From the NCBI GenBank assembly GCA_036679645.1, contig JAZDCY010000033.1:13700-77699 (forward strand): DNA of 64,000 nucleotides, given 5' to 3'. The DNA is from Gemmatimonadota bacterium (GTDB lineage Bacteria; Gemmatimonadota; Gemmatimonadetes; Gemmatimonadales; GWC2-71-9). The position numbers were made by a program, and so were the translations under genes. The first letter of the stretch is position 1; every line of letters starts with the position of its first letter. Shown one piece after another: positions 1 to 10,803 of the stretch. The notes under the pieces were generated by a model. The model ran no database searches, was not told where the DNA came from, and saw only the letters and a program-made list of their open reading frames with translations.

Positions 1-37
1 ATCTCTATTCTCCAATCGCTAAAGCATCCCGCTTCAG

Positions 38-1211
38 TCAATACGCGGACCGATCAACTACGACAACTCCGTCACTGACCACCATCAGCACATCTTGAAA
101 CGCCCCGATGTCATCGAGCGGGTTCCGTTCCAGCACAATGATATCCGCGTCGAGCCCGACGGCGATTCGGCCGGTGCCCGAATCGCTTCGAGCGGGCTCA
201 TGCCGATCCCGACCAACTCCATCAACTCATGACTCAGGCGGAGCACGCTCTCGGACCGTACCCGGTATCCGTAGCCGCCACCATTCTGACACCCCGCGCC
301 CGTGCGCGCGCCGCCATGTCGCGCACACGCGGGAGCATGTGCCGGCCACGGATGTTGAGCACCGCATTGTCGTAGTCGCCACCGGGAATCGTCAGATCCG
401 CCACTACCGCGATCGTGGGCACGAGAAACGTGCCGCGGCTCACCATCAAGTCCAGCGTTTCGTCACTGAGGTACGTCCCGTGCTCGATGCTACGTACACC
501 CGCCGCGACTGCCGCGCGTCCCCCGGTATCTCCGTGTGCATGGGCCGCCACGGGGATGCCGGCACGCTCTCCCTCCTCGACAAGGGCGCGCAGTTCGGTC
601 TCGTCGTAGAAGGGCTTGCGCGGATCGGTTTCGGGAAGCCCCGCACGCTCCGTTGCATTCGTCTTGATGAAATTCACGCCGTGCTCGATCATCACGCGCG
701 CCAGGCGGCGCATGGCCTCCTCACCGTGCACGCCCGATTCCAGCAGATCGGTGAGTTCGGGTACGTCCATGAACAGCTGGTCCGCCGGGCGCGGGCGGAC
801 GTGATATCCGGCAGCGATGATCTCGGGAGACTCGATGGCGCCGGCACGCTGTAGCTCACGCAGACCGACGTCCGCGAAGTGTGATGTCCCCATGCTCCGA
901 GCGGTTGTGACACCGGAACGCAGCGCGCGACGCGCGGCGGCGAAGCTGGAGATATGTACGTGGGCGTCGATGAGGCCCGGCAAGAGATACCGACCGGATA
1001 ACTCGATCACGCGCATGCCGTCGGGCCGAACGGCGCCGCGTTCGATACGCGCGATCCTTCCATCCACGACGATGACGGTGGCGTCGGTGATTGGCTCGTC
1101 ACTGGCGGGATCGATTACGGTCACCCCCACGAGCGCCACGTCCTCCTGCGCCGGTGCGGGACGTGCCACGAGTACTGGAAGCAGGAGTCCGAGCAGGTAA
1201 AGGCGCGACAT
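38..1211 (-). pseudogene. Secreted amidohydrolase (Amidohydro_1), disrupted near the 3' end
   Basis: Signal peptide, PGLIDAHVH, AHAHG, SIEHG and ATDTG motifs. Frameshift near 252 and a second shift/deletion near 177; the C-terminus (TGRIAVGLDADIIVL..NPL) continues in another frame to TGA at 38. Confidence 0.8.
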
Positions 1212-1235
1212 GTGCAGCTCTCCGGGGAAGCGAGT

Positions 1236-1273
1236 GATTGCAGATTTCAGATTGCAGATTGCAGATTGCAGAT
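1236..1273. repeat. Heptamer tandem repeat (GATTGCA)x5
   Basis: gattgca gatttca gattgca gattgca gattgca in an intergenic region. Confidence 0.9.
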
Positions 1274-1335
1274 CCGACCGCCAATCGGCAAGTTGCCTCC
1301 CTTCCCCCCGGTCCGACGAGTTCCTAGTTTCGGTG

Positions 1336-2220
1336 ATGCCTTCCAGTTCGCCGGTATCCCACGTGTCCGACACGGCCCGCTGGGTCGCCATCTATCGGGC
1401 GATGGAGTCCGAGCGACCGGACGCGATATTCCACGATCCGTATGCGCGGCGCCTAGGTGGTGTGCAGGGTCAGGCCATTGTCGATGCCCTGCCCAAGGGT
1501 CGCAAGATGGCATGGCCCATGATCGTGCGCACGGCGGTGATGGACGAGATGATCCTCCGGGCCGTCGAGCGGGACGGTGTGACCACGGTGCTCAACCTGG
1601 CGGCGGGGCTCGACACGCGCGCGTATCGCCTCCCGCTTCCGGCGGCGTGTCGCTGGATCGATGCGGACCTGCCGGACATACTCTCCTACAAGGAAGAGCA
1701 ACTCGAGGGCGAGCGCCCACGCTGCGCCTACGAAATGGCGCGGGTAGATCTGAGCGACGCGACGCAGCGTCGTGCCCTGCTCCAGCGCGTCGACAACGTC
1801 GATGCCACCGCGCTCGTGATCACCGAGGGACTGCTGGTTTACCTCACCTCTGAAAACGTCGCCGAACTTGCGGCCGACCTTCACGCACATCCGTCCATCC
1901 GCTGGTGGCTTACCGACCTCGGCTCACCGAAGTTGCTCGAGATGATGGAACGGTGGTGGGGCAAGCAGCTCGCGCAAGGGAACGCCCCGTTCCGCTTCGC
2001 TCCAGCCGAGGGCGCGGCGTTCTTCGAGCCTCACGGCTGGGCGGAGGTCGAGTTCCGCTCGATGCTCCACGAATCGGTCCGCCTGAACCGTACGATCCGG
2101 TTCGGCCGCTTTTGGTTGTGGCTGTCCCGTCGTGCTCCCAAGAAGAAGCGGGAGGAGGGGCGGCGCCTGTCGGGGGTCGTACTGCTAGCCTCGAGAGAAC
2201 GCGGCGGGGATCGCGCTTAG
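1336..2220 (+). CDS. SAM-dependent methyltransferase, LCM family
   Basis: TARWVA.YRA.E..RPDAIF.DPYA, LAAGLDTRAYRL and ITEGLL.YL motifs. Confidence 0.9.
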   Translation: MPSSSPVSHVSDTARWVAIYRAMESERPDAIFHDPYARRLGGVQGQAIVDALPKGRKMAWPMIVRTAVMDEMILRAVERDGVTTVLNLAAGLDTRAYRLPLPAACRWIDADLPDILSYKEEQLEGERPRCAYEMARVDLSDATQRRALLQRVDNVDATALVITEGLLVYLTSENVAELAADLHAHPSIRWWLTDLGSPKLLEMMERWWGKQLAQGNAPFRFAPAEGAAFFEPHGWAEVEFRSMLHESVRLNRTIRFGRFWLWLSRRAPKKKREEGRRLSGVVLLASRERGGDRA

Positions 2221-2237
2221 CGTTAGAACGTTTTGGT

Positions 2238-2456
2238 CTAGAGGGCCGAGTCGAGCAGCTCTTCTCGAATGATGGTGTTACGGCGGCAGGGGTTGCAGCG
2301 GACGTCAAGGGCTTTCCGCCGTGGACCCTGGACGTTGAGTGGCTTGCCACACTGCGGGCATGGCGGCACGCCATCGGGGTCCGCTACCATGGCACCGCAG
2401 ATCTCCTTCATCTCGGCGCGCGAGTACGGCAACCACGTGTTGCGGTCTTCAGCCAT
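2238..2456 (-). CDS. Small zinc-ribbon protein
   Basis: GAGGAGG RBS; CPQC and CNPC pairs. Confidence 0.65.
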   Translation of the reverse strand: MAEDRNTWLPYSRAEMKEICGAMVADPDGVPPCPQCGKPLNVQGPRRKALDVRCNPCRRNTIIREELLDSAL

Positions 2457-2518
2457 GGTCCTCCTCACAAGCTCTCAATTTGCGCCCAGACGACCGTAAT
2501 AGCCAATGGGTCGGTGGG

Positions 2519-3649
2519 CTACCGCTCGGCCACCATCTGGATCTCGACCAGCAGCGAACTCCCCATGAGCGAGGCTCCGACCACCGCTGCCGCGGGAGCA
2601 CTCAGTGGAAAGACCTGGTCGAGTACCTCCAGCACGTCCCCGGAGTGGCGGATATCTGCAAGGTACACCGACACGACAACCATATTTGTGAAGTCCATGC
2701 CTGCTGCGCCGAGTGTGGCACGGAGATTCTCGAGCGCATTGCGTGTCTGCCCGGCAATGTCCGGCGGCACCCCATCCGAACCGCGGCCCACCATCCCGGC
2801 GAGGTAGAGTCGATTGCCGACGAGAATGGCCGGCGAGAGCGGCGACCGGGGACGCCGCCTGCCTTCCGCGACGACGACGCGTCGGCTGGATGACCGCTCG
2901 GCGATGCACTGGATCTCGGCGTCGAACACCGAGTTCATGAGACCGGCGCGGACCGCGGCGCGGGCGGGCGGATCCTCACCGGGCACGAACTCGCCGTACA
3001 CAGCGTTCATGGCGCCGAACCGGCGGGGATCGTCCAGGAACACCGTACAACTCACGAGGTCGCCGTAGCCCATTCCGGCTGCATCCAGCACGAGCCCGAT
3101 ATTTCCAAAAATGCGCCGCGTCTGCGCCCCGATGTCGCCTGCGACCGGCCGGTAGGTCTCGGGGCTGCGACTCGTGGCACCCGCAATGAACAGCGTGTTC
3201 CCGGCCTTGATGCCCCACGAGTAGGGCAACTCGGGAGACATCATGCCCCGCGGTGTGATGACTTCCTTCGGGAGCCGAGTGGCGATTACCGAGATCTGTA
3301 CCAGTGCGTCTGGATCGGCGAGGTCCACCGCAACCGTGGCGCGAGTTGGAGGGTCGTTCGGGAAGTAGCGGCGATAGACCTCGTTCATGCCCCGAAAGTG
3401 ACGGGTGTCGGACAGAAAGACGTTGGACACGACGACATCGCCGTAGTCGAGACCGTGCGCGCGCAGTTCCGCACCCACCCGATCGAGCGTCACTATCGTT
3501 TGGTCTTCGATGGAAAACCGAGTGCTGCTGTCTGGGATAACACCCCTGACGCCTGTGATGTACACGAAATCTCGGTTCTGCGCGGCGAGTGGCAAGAAAG
3601 AGCCTTGCCAGCACGTGAGGAGTGCTGCTACCAATCCGAATCGTCTCAT
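2519..3649 (-). CDS. Signal-peptide protein with three tandem RidA/YjgF domains
   Basis: Three repeats of LY(I/L)(T/A)G..DI..QT..PP.R.V..(V/A)EI; N-terminal signal peptide. Confidence 0.85.
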   Translation of the reverse strand: MRRFGLVAALLTCWQGSFLPLAAQNRDFVYITGVRGVIPDSSTRFSIEDQTIVTLDRVGAELRAHGLDYGDVVVSNVFLSDTRHFRGMNEVYRRYFPNDPPTRATVAVDLADPDALVQISVIATRLPKEVITPRGMMSPELPYSWGIKAGNTLFIAGATSRSPETYRPVAGDIGAQTRRIFGNIGLVLDAAGMGYGDLVSCTVFLDDPRRFGAMNAVYGEFVPGEDPPARAAVRAGLMNSVFDAEIQCIAERSSSRRVVVAEGRRRPRSPLSPAILVGNRLYLAGMVGRGSDGVPPDIAGQTRNALENLRATLGAAGMDFTNMVVVSVYLADIRHSGDVLEVLDQVFPLSAPAAAVVGASLMGSSLLVEIQMVAER

Positions 3650-3857
3650 CCGCAAGGATCTCCTGGCGTGTCGGGTGCAACGGGCCGCGATGTGGCCACA
3701 AGATACGGTTCGGCGCAGCGTCCGGCGAGGGTTCCGGGGCTGTAGCCCCGGCTCGGCGCACGGCGCCTGGATCGAGCGCGGCGAGGCGCCGAGCGCGCGT
3801 CTTCCAGGCGACAAACGCAGTAGGTTCTCACGAAGCGCGAATCAGTGGGGGATCCAA

Positions 3858-4514
3858 GTGGTTGCTGATGCGGTGACCAAACGCTATTCGGTTGCGGAAG
3901 AGATTGCGCATGCAATAACGCACGGGGTGGGGCTGCTGCTCAGCATCGCGGGCCTCGTGATCCTGGTCGTCTTTGCCAGCTTGCGCGGCGACGCTTGGCA
4001 CATCGTCTCGGTAAGCATCTACGGCGCAACGCTCGTTCTGCTGTACACGGCGTCCACGTTCTACCATGCCCTGACCCCGCCGGGCGCGAAGAGTGTCTTT
4101 CGTATCTTGGACCACGCCGCCATCTACCTGTTGATCGCCGGTACGTACACTCCCTTTGCCCTCGTGAATCTTCGAGGAGCCTGGGGATGGACCCTATTCG
4201 GACTTGTATGGAGCCTCGCCGCCCTCGGCGTCGTGCTGGAGGCGACCGCGAAGCAGCGCTTCAAGATTCTGTCGCTCGTTTTGTACCTCGGGTTGGGCTG
4301 GCTCGGGGCGATCGCCGTGAAGCCACTGCTGCATTCCGTGGAGAGTCGCGGCATCGTGCTGCTGGTGGCGGGAGGGTTGGCGTACACCGGAGGAGTGGCG
4401 TTCTACGGTTGGCGAGGGCTGCGATACCATCACGCCATCTGGCACGTGTTCGTGCTTGCCGGAAGCCTGTTTCACTTCTTCGCCGTGTTGTTCTACGTGA
4501 TACCTCCCCGATGA
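3858..4514 (+). CDS. trhA: Hemolysin III / PAQR family membrane protein
   Basis: EEIAHAITHG, STFYH, DHAAIYLLIAGTYTP, HAIWHVFV. Confidence 0.9.
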   Translation: MVADAVTKRYSVAEEIAHAITHGVGLLLSIAGLVILVVFASLRGDAWHIVSVSIYGATLVLLYTASTFYHALTPPGAKSVFRILDHAAIYLLIAGTYTPFALVNLRGAWGWTLFGLVWSLAALGVVLEATAKQRFKILSLVLYLGLGWLGAIAVKPLLHSVESRGIVLLVAGGLAYTGGVAFYGWRGLRYHHAIWHVFVLAGSLFHFFAVLFYVIPPR

Positions 4515-4727
4515 CACATATAGACGCTCAGACAGACGCCACAGAGGCTCCGCACTCCAGCTAGACCACCGCGTTCGTCAACGCTCCTGGGTTGGACCCA
4601 ACGAGTCCGCCCGCGCTGTCGCTTTTTGCACCCGTCGTGTCGCTTTTTGCTATCACACGTTGCCGAGCGTATTCCATATACTGGCGTGGGTCGTTGCCCC
4701 TTCCTCAACCGCTAGCTGGTGGTCACG

Positions 4728-5456
4728 ATGCGCCGCACCGAATCGGACAGCCTCGATCGATCTCACGAACGACAACGCGCCACAGATTCTCAAAGCGAGA
4801 CGCGGCGGCAGTTGGAGCGAGCGTGGCGGGGGCAGGTCGCCGACGCCTCGAACGCGCTGAACAATCGGCTCGCCGCTGTTCGCAGCCTGGTCAAACAGGT
4901 CGACCGGTCCCGGATGAATCGATCGCAGGTGAGCGACCTTGACCAAATCGACACCGAGATTCAACACGCTAACGACATCATGGCCGAATTGCTATACGGG
5001 GTCAGCGGCTTTACGCCCGGCACCGTCCCGCCCACGTTGGAACTATTGCATGAGGGTACCGTGCGGCCGGCGGACATCTTGGTCGTCGAAGACGACGTGA
5101 GCAATCGTGAGGTGATCACGCGCCTGTTCCAACGACTTGGGCACCGGGTGATCCCGGCGCGTGACGGCCTCGACGCGTTCGAGGCGATGGACCTCACTGC
5201 GTTCGATTGCGTCATCTGCGATATCCGCATGCCGGGCTTGGGCGGGGGAGGGCTGTACCGCCAGGCGGAAGAACGGCACCCGCAGCTCGCCAGCCGGTTC
5301 GTGTTCGTGACGGGCGACTACGGGCGGCCGGATACGTACGAATTCGTGACGAACACCGGGTGCCTCGTGGTCCCGAAGCCGTACGAGATCGACGAACTCC
5401 TCGGCGCCGTCGCCAAGACACTCCAAACGCGCAATCTCGGTCCAACCTCGCAGTGA
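4728..5456 (+). CDS. Response regulator with a degenerate HisKA-like N-terminus
   Basis: Receiver motifs ILVVEDD, DIRMP, FVTG, KPY; N-terminal ASNALNNRL resembles AHELNNPL. Confidence 0.8.
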   Translation: MRRTESDSLDRSHERQRATDSQSETRRQLERAWRGQVADASNALNNRLAAVRSLVKQVDRSRMNRSQVSDLDQIDTEIQHANDIMAELLYGVSGFTPGTVPPTLELLHEGTVRPADILVVEDDVSNREVITRLFQRLGHRVIPARDGLDAFEAMDLTAFDCVICDIRMPGLGGGGLYRQAEERHPQLASRFVFVTGDYGRPDTYEFVTNTGCLVVPKPYEIDELLGAVAKTLQTRNLGPTSQ

Positions 5457-5486
5457 GCCAAGCCATCTGTGAATGGGGGTATCCAA

Positions 5487-5672
5487 ATGAAACCTGCCGC
5501 GCTGGTAGCAACACTGGTTCTGTCAGCTGTTGCGGTGCTCCACCTGCTGCGACTCCTCTTCCAACTGCAGTTCACCGTGGGCAGTACCGAGATCCCCATG
5601 TGGGCCAGCGTACTCGCCGTTCTTGGACCGGGCGCACTAGCGGTGTGGCTTTGGCGGGAACAACGGGAGTAG
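5487..5672 (+). CDS. Small two-TM membrane protein
   Basis: Two hydrophobic helices; GGGGG upstream of the ATG. Confidence 0.7.
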   Translation: MKPAALVATLVLSAVAVLHLLRLLFQLQFTVGSTEIPMWASVLAVLGPGALAVWLWREQRE

Positions 5673-5723
5673 CCGATTGCACTTGCGGTCTCTAGACCGC
5701 ACTAAGACCTGGCGGTTGGTGAA

Positions 5724-6122
5724 TCACACCTTCCAAGTTGCCCCGTTGCGAATGTAGCCGTCGATATCGCGGTTGGTAACGAGACCACAGAGTTCGTTAC
5801 CATCGATGATCGGGAGATGTCGAATCTTGTTCTGGTACATCGTTCGGAGGCACTCGTCGAGAGTTGCTATTGGCGAACACGAGATGACGGGTGAGGTCAT
5901 CACGTCACGCAGCTTGGTCGTCGCCGGGTCACGTTCCTCGGCAACGACACGTTGCAGGATGTCCCGCTCGGTACACATCCCAATCTGCTTGCCATCGAGT
6001 ACGATCATACCACCAATCCCAAGGCGTTTCATGAGGCGAGCGGCTTCCAATACGGAATCGTCTCCCGACATCCGATGGGTGTCGCCACCCTTTCCATCAA
6101 GCAATTCCCCGACCGTTGACAT
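5724..6122 (-). CDS. CBS-domain pair protein
   Basis: GMCTERDIL, DVMTSPV, IRHLPI, GLVTNRDI. Confidence 0.9.
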   Translation of the reverse strand: MSTVGELLDGKGGDTHRMSGDDSVLEAARLMKRLGIGGMIVLDGKQIGMCTERDILQRVVAEERDPATTKLRDVMTSPVISCSPIATLDECLRTMYQNKIRHLPIIDGNELCGLVTNRDIDGYIRNGATWKV

Positions 6123-6277
6123 GTTTGATCCTCTATTCTGTTCGCGATCGCTCAGGAAAGATACTGGGTTGAACGTCTTACCAAAACCGGCGAACCACCC
6201 ATTGCGTGAGGCCGGGAGCATATCGGGTCGCTATATCGATAAGCCGGGGCGACCACGCCGATGAGCAGCAAAGACAG

Positions 6278-6535
6278 TCACCCACTTCTGTCCTCTTGCG
6301 ATTCACGTGCGGCGGTGAGCAAGCGCTCTGCGAAGTCGAGGCGTTCGTGCATTTCGGCCACCTGTGCTCGTGTGTCGTCGAGATCGTCCCGCAGCGCATC
6401 GACCACCGGTCCCAACTCTGAATCGCTGCCTCGCGTCTCCAACTCTTTCTTCTTGAGCTTGAAACGGAGAATCACAACCAGGGCCACGATGATCCCAGGG
6501 ACGCCAACAAGAATGCCGACAATATCTTCGGTCAT
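6278..6535 (-). CDS. Small membrane-anchored coiled-coil protein
   Basis: N-terminal TM helix, ERLDFAERLL motif, GGAGGGG RBS. Confidence 0.7.
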   Translation of the reverse strand: MTEDIVGILVGVPGIIVALVVILRFKLKKKELETRGSDSELGPVVDALRDDLDDTRAQVAEMHERLDFAERLLTAARESQEDRSG

Positions 6536-6622
6536 CGGAACCCCTCCGAGGACAGGAAAATTCGTACACGCCCTGCAGTGGCCACCGAGCGGTCTCGTCG
6601 TCGGGACGTCACGGGAAGGTCA

Positions 6623-8970
6623 TTACGTGCGCAGCGCCTCGAGCACCTCCGCCGTAAACGGATTCTCACCGCGGCGAAGCGCTTCGATCCAGCCCAGGCG
6701 CTGTGTCCGAGCCTCGTTATTCGATGTCCCTGCCACAAAGGCTTCAAAGTCTACAATAGCTCCCGCAAGATCGCCGGTGAGTGCCCGGGCTAGCCCGCGG
6801 CTGTCCCTGACGTTGCCATTATCAGGAGCAAGCGCCACGGCCTGTTCGCAGGCCGTCATGACGTCGCCGGCATGCCCCAACAGGCTACCGTTCCAGCAGA
6901 GCGTGTTCCAATAGCCGGCGTTGTCCGGGTCGAGCTCGGCCAGTCGCCTGAACGTAGCCAGCACCCGAAGCACGGTGGCCTCTGTGCTGTCGAAAATGAC
7001 AGCCATGTCGGCCAGCTCTGAGGCTAAAGCGCTCGGTATTCACAAGCAGAGAGTCAGCGGCGTCCAGAACCCTGCCGGCGAAGTCTGCAGGTTCTGCCGC
7101 CCCCGCGTCGAGAGCGGCAGTCACAATCAATCCGGTAGCACACTGCTCCATCGACGGGCTAGCGGGATACTCCCTGATGTCTTTCGTGATACGGTTCACC
7201 ACATCAGCACGCAACGGCTTGGGGCTCATCATACCACATAACATGGTTCGCTCGATGATATTTGTCGGCTCGAGGAACTCGCTCGCCTTTGTCCAGTCTC
7301 CGTGTACCAGGTAGAGACTGAGCGTTGCACCGCCGTATTCGAGCAAGAAGGGATCGAGGACGCGATCGGTAGCGAAGATGCCCGCTGCCCTGAGTGAATC
7401 CGCCACGCGTAGCGCCTCGGCGCGCCGACCCGATTTGGCGAGCAAGACCATGCGGCGCGCTGCGAGATTCTCAAACTCGGTTTCCACGCCGAGGGAATCC
7501 GCAATCGCGAGTTCGCTGAGTGCCTTGTCGTAAGACTCCTCCAGCTCGAGCACCCGCGCCGCCCACAGATGGGCTTCCGCCACCGAGGGAGTGACGGCCA
7601 ACCATCTTTCGACCCAGGTTCTGGCGACGGACAGAGCTCTGGGACGCTCCGCTTCGGTAACTGCCTGCAAGAAAATCGCGAATGTTGAGCGGTATCACTT
7701 CCAGCGTATCGCGCAAGACCGCAATGAAAGGCAAGTTGTTGGCAGGTAAGGACTCTATGTATGCAGGCAGCGAAGCGCTCTCGCGGCGCGCCGCTACCAC
7801 GAGTCCCATATACCAACCGCCCGCCTTCAGATAGTTGACTACCAGGATCATGTAGCCAGCGTATTGAGACGGGTCCAGCAGCACGGCGGTCTTAGCGAGG
7901 CTGTTGGCCCTATGGAAGGAGCCGCGCATCCTCATGACCCCGTCAACCGAGTGGACAATGCCATCTATGCTCTCGAGCCAAGCGAGGGCAAGGAGCGCGT
8001 CGACATCGCTGGAATCGGCGGCCAGCAAGTCTTCGAGCTGCTCCCGTGCGGTGGCGAACTGAGCGTGATACAGCGCATCCATCGCGCGCAGAAAGCGTTG
8101 ATGGCGCGGCGCGAGACGATCGGACAGCGCGACAGCGCGGCCTAGGTGACCGTAGCCCGCATGCGTCGCGTCAGAGAGGGCTCCCAGATCCGCGAAGAGG
8201 AGCGACGCTTGCGCCAGCTTGAGGTACGCCTGTGCAAACGTGCTGTCGAGTTCTACGGCTTCCTCAAAGGCTTCCCTCGCCCGCCGCATCTCCGCCCGAT
8301 TATAGTGCCGTAAACCGCGGAGATAGGCCTTCAACGCATCGAGGGATTCGGTCGACACGGACGATACGTCGACTTGCGACGCGTCCACGCCTGCCGTCTC
8401 GAGAAGCTCCGCGGCAATCCGCTCGTAGAGTTCCAGAATCGCGTCTTCAGATTCTCCGTCTTCGCTGACGCGCACGACTGTACGACTAGTCGCTACATCG
8501 TATGCTCGGGCGGTGACTCGAATGCGATTGCCCAATCTCAGCACGTCACCCGTGACCACGGTCCATCCGCCGGTCTCCTCCGCGACGCGCCGAATCTGCT
8601 CTTCATCCATCGCTTCCTCGGGAGCGAGCCCATGACGTCGCTGGGCGAGACGGAGACGTTCATCGGAAACAACCGAAACCTCTTGCCACCGGCTCAGAGC
8701 CTCACCAAGCATCACGGGAGCTAGTGCCAGCCAGTCGTCTTCGGGAATCGCTCTGACATTACGAAACGGCAGCACCAGGAAGCTGCGGGCGCGCACGTCT
8801 TGCGCCGGGGGGTCGTTACGAGTCACAACGGCGGGTCGTCTTACGGCTGCATCGCATGGAGGGGGCGTGCCGTCAGCGCACTGGGCGCGGAGAGCAACCG
8901 GCAGCAGCGCCGCCAACAGCGACAAGGCGAGGATGAGTTGAAGCAGGCGCGCAGAGCGGTGCGTGTTCAT
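6623..8970 (-). pseudogene. Secreted TolB-like/TPR protein split by two frameshifts
   Basis: Signal peptide, LVLPFRN domain and TPRs spread over ORFs 7471-8970, 6885-7670 and 6623-7006; shifts near 7673 (T run) and 7030. Confidence 0.7.
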
Positions 8971-8984
8971 CCTGTCAGGACCAA

Positions 8985-9112
8985 GTTCCCGCTCAGTAGC
9001 GTAGCGGGCTGCGGGTGCGGCTCCTTGGCGTTCGCGGTGCTCCCAGGTGCACAACGCAACGGCTCCCATACCCCACGAGCGCGCCCGATCAGTCTGCAAG
9101 CGCGTTGCAGGC
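8985..9112 (-). other. Degenerate attC-like site
   Basis: After the cupin stop: GCCTGCAACgcgcttgcagactg...cacccgcagc; similar to the sites at 12634 and 13010. Confidence 0.45.
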
Positions 9113-9120
9113 AGCGGGCC

Positions 9121-9498
9121 CTATCTGGTTCGAGATTCCGCCGTCTTGAGTTCAACGAGGATCACCTCCATTGGTTCGCCACGCAGATTTTCCGGAAGGT
9201 GAGTTCCGGCCTCTGCCCATATCGTTTCACCGGCCCTTCCCTCAAAATCCACTGTTTGCCCATCGGGGAGCGTGAACTTGCCCGTGTTATCTGTAAGGAA
9301 CACTACTACTCCGGCAGGATGATAGTGCATCACGGATTTCTCGTGCGGTCCGTACGTAATCCGGAGAACCCGGACCTGGTCGTTCTCGAAAACCACCCGG
9401 TAGTGCGTGGAGTCCACCACCGTGGGGTCTTGGGCCCAGGCACGCGCGGCAGCGAACGACGTCAGTGCGAGGAGCAGTGGGAGTACGCGCATGGTCAT
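9121..9498 (-). CDS. Secreted cupin-domain protein
   Basis: Signal peptide; FENDQVRVL, MHYHP, THLPEN. Confidence 0.85.
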   Translation of the reverse strand: MTMRVLPLLLALTSFAAARAWAQDPTVVDSTHYRVVFENDQVRVLRITYGPHEKSVMHYHPAGVVVFLTDNTGKFTLPDGQTVDFEGRAGETIWAEAGTHLPENLRGEPMEVILVELKTAESRTR

Positions 9499-9658
9499 CT
9501 CCGAGTCTAGGGACGATTCTCTGGTTGGCGGATACTCGCCCTTGTAGGCGGACTTGCAGGTGCTACCGTCGGGTGGCTCAGCGGTCTCATCGTCGGGCGC
9601 GCGTCCAGCAGGACGTCAGTGCGGCGGCGGTGCCATCTTCGGCCACCGAAGGCAAAGT

Positions 9659-9803
9659 AGACTAATATTATCGCCTATTATATCCAGCAGGCTTGAAGCC
9701 GCAAGTTGCTACACCCCGTTCGTGACATGGCGAACGCGCTGGGCGACGGTAACCAATGAGATCAATGCCTCGCGATGCTACCGCACTACTGGTATTGGGG
9801 AAC
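9659..9803. repeat. Partial copy of the ~170-bp repeat B
   Basis: ctacaccccgttcgtgacatggcgaacgcgctgggcg..ctaccgcact is shared with the copies at 13214, 13717 and 14819. Confidence 0.7.
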
Positions 9804-9814
9804 CCCCGATCGTC

Positions 9815-10294
9815 TTATTGATCCAGGGGCACGGGAGCCGGAGCATCGCTGGAAAAGCTGACCGACGCGATGAACCACTCGCCGTCGATCTTCCGCCATG
9901 TAGCGAGGTACTTGCCAAGGTCGAAAAGATCTCCGTCCGGAGTCGTCAGCACCAGTCGGTTGACGCCGTACTCCCACGCCATGTCACCGCGCTCCGATAC
10001 CTCCGTATACGTCGTGGTGCTCCCGAACGACTTCACACCCGGGCCGAAGAACTGCTCAAAGAGCGCCCGCACGGCCTCGCGGCCTACGGCCGGGGGACCG
10101 TCAGCTGGCAGCAACACGCCGTCAGGCGCCCAGAACGCGAGTGAGCCGTCGATATCGAACGCGGATTCGGCCGCGACGATGCCGGCCGAGCGAGCGCGAA
10201 CAGCTTCGAGTTCGGCCTCCATGTCTACCCGCGGCGCGGCGCAGGCCACTATGGACGTGGCAGCAACAAAGAGGGTGGTGGAATTCCGGCGCAT
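9815..10294 (-). CDS. DUF4440/SnoaL (NTF2-like) lipoprotein
   Basis: Lipobox-like VAC; GDMAWEYG, GKYLATWRK.DGEW. Confidence 0.85.
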   Translation of the reverse strand: MRRNSTTLFVAATSIVACAAPRVDMEAELEAVRARSAGIVAAESAFDIDGSLAFWAPDGVLLPADGPPAVGREAVRALFEQFFGPGVKSFGSTTTYTEVSERGDMAWEYGVNRLVLTTPDGDLFDLGKYLATWRKIDGEWFIASVSFSSDAPAPVPLDQ

Positions 10295-10493
10295 GGCGAC
10301 CTCACGGGAGGAGTGCAACGATAGGGTACTGTGGCCGAATCAACAATTCTGTGGCGCGGGACGCGCACCCACGATGGGGCTCGTCCCGGTGGCTAAGTGA
10401 GGGTGGGGCGCGACTACATCGGCGTGCATGCCTGACGGTGGGAGCGGAACTCGGCACATTTACCATGTATTACGTTATACGTTATATTCCGCC

Positions 10494-10790
10494 GTGATCC
10501 GAAGCTTCGCGACCCCTGGCACCCGGGACGTCTTCGATGCCACCGACTCCAAAGCGGCGCGGCGCGCGTGCCCGACAAGCCTCTGGAAGATCGCTCGCCG
10601 CAAGCTGGACCAGTTGAATCAGGCCCATGCGCTCGAGGATCTCCGAGCACCGCTGGCCAATCGACTGGAGAAGCTGAAAGGCGACCGGGCAGGACAGCAC
10701 AGCATCCGGATTAACGACCAGTATCGCGTCTGCTTTGGGTGGACCGAGCACGAACCCGAAGATGTGGAGATCGTAGACTACCACCGTTGA
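10494..10790 (+). CDS. higB: HigB (RelE-like) toxin
   Basis: VIRSFA, ARRKL, NRLEKLKGDRAGQHSIRINDQYRVCF, VEIVDYH. Confidence 0.95.
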   Translation: MIRSFATPGTRDVFDATDSKAARRACPTSLWKIARRKLDQLNQAHALEDLRAPLANRLEKLKGDRAGQHSIRINDQYRVCFGWTEHEPEDVEIVDYHR

Positions 10791-10803
10791 GCGAGGTTGC
10801 TTC

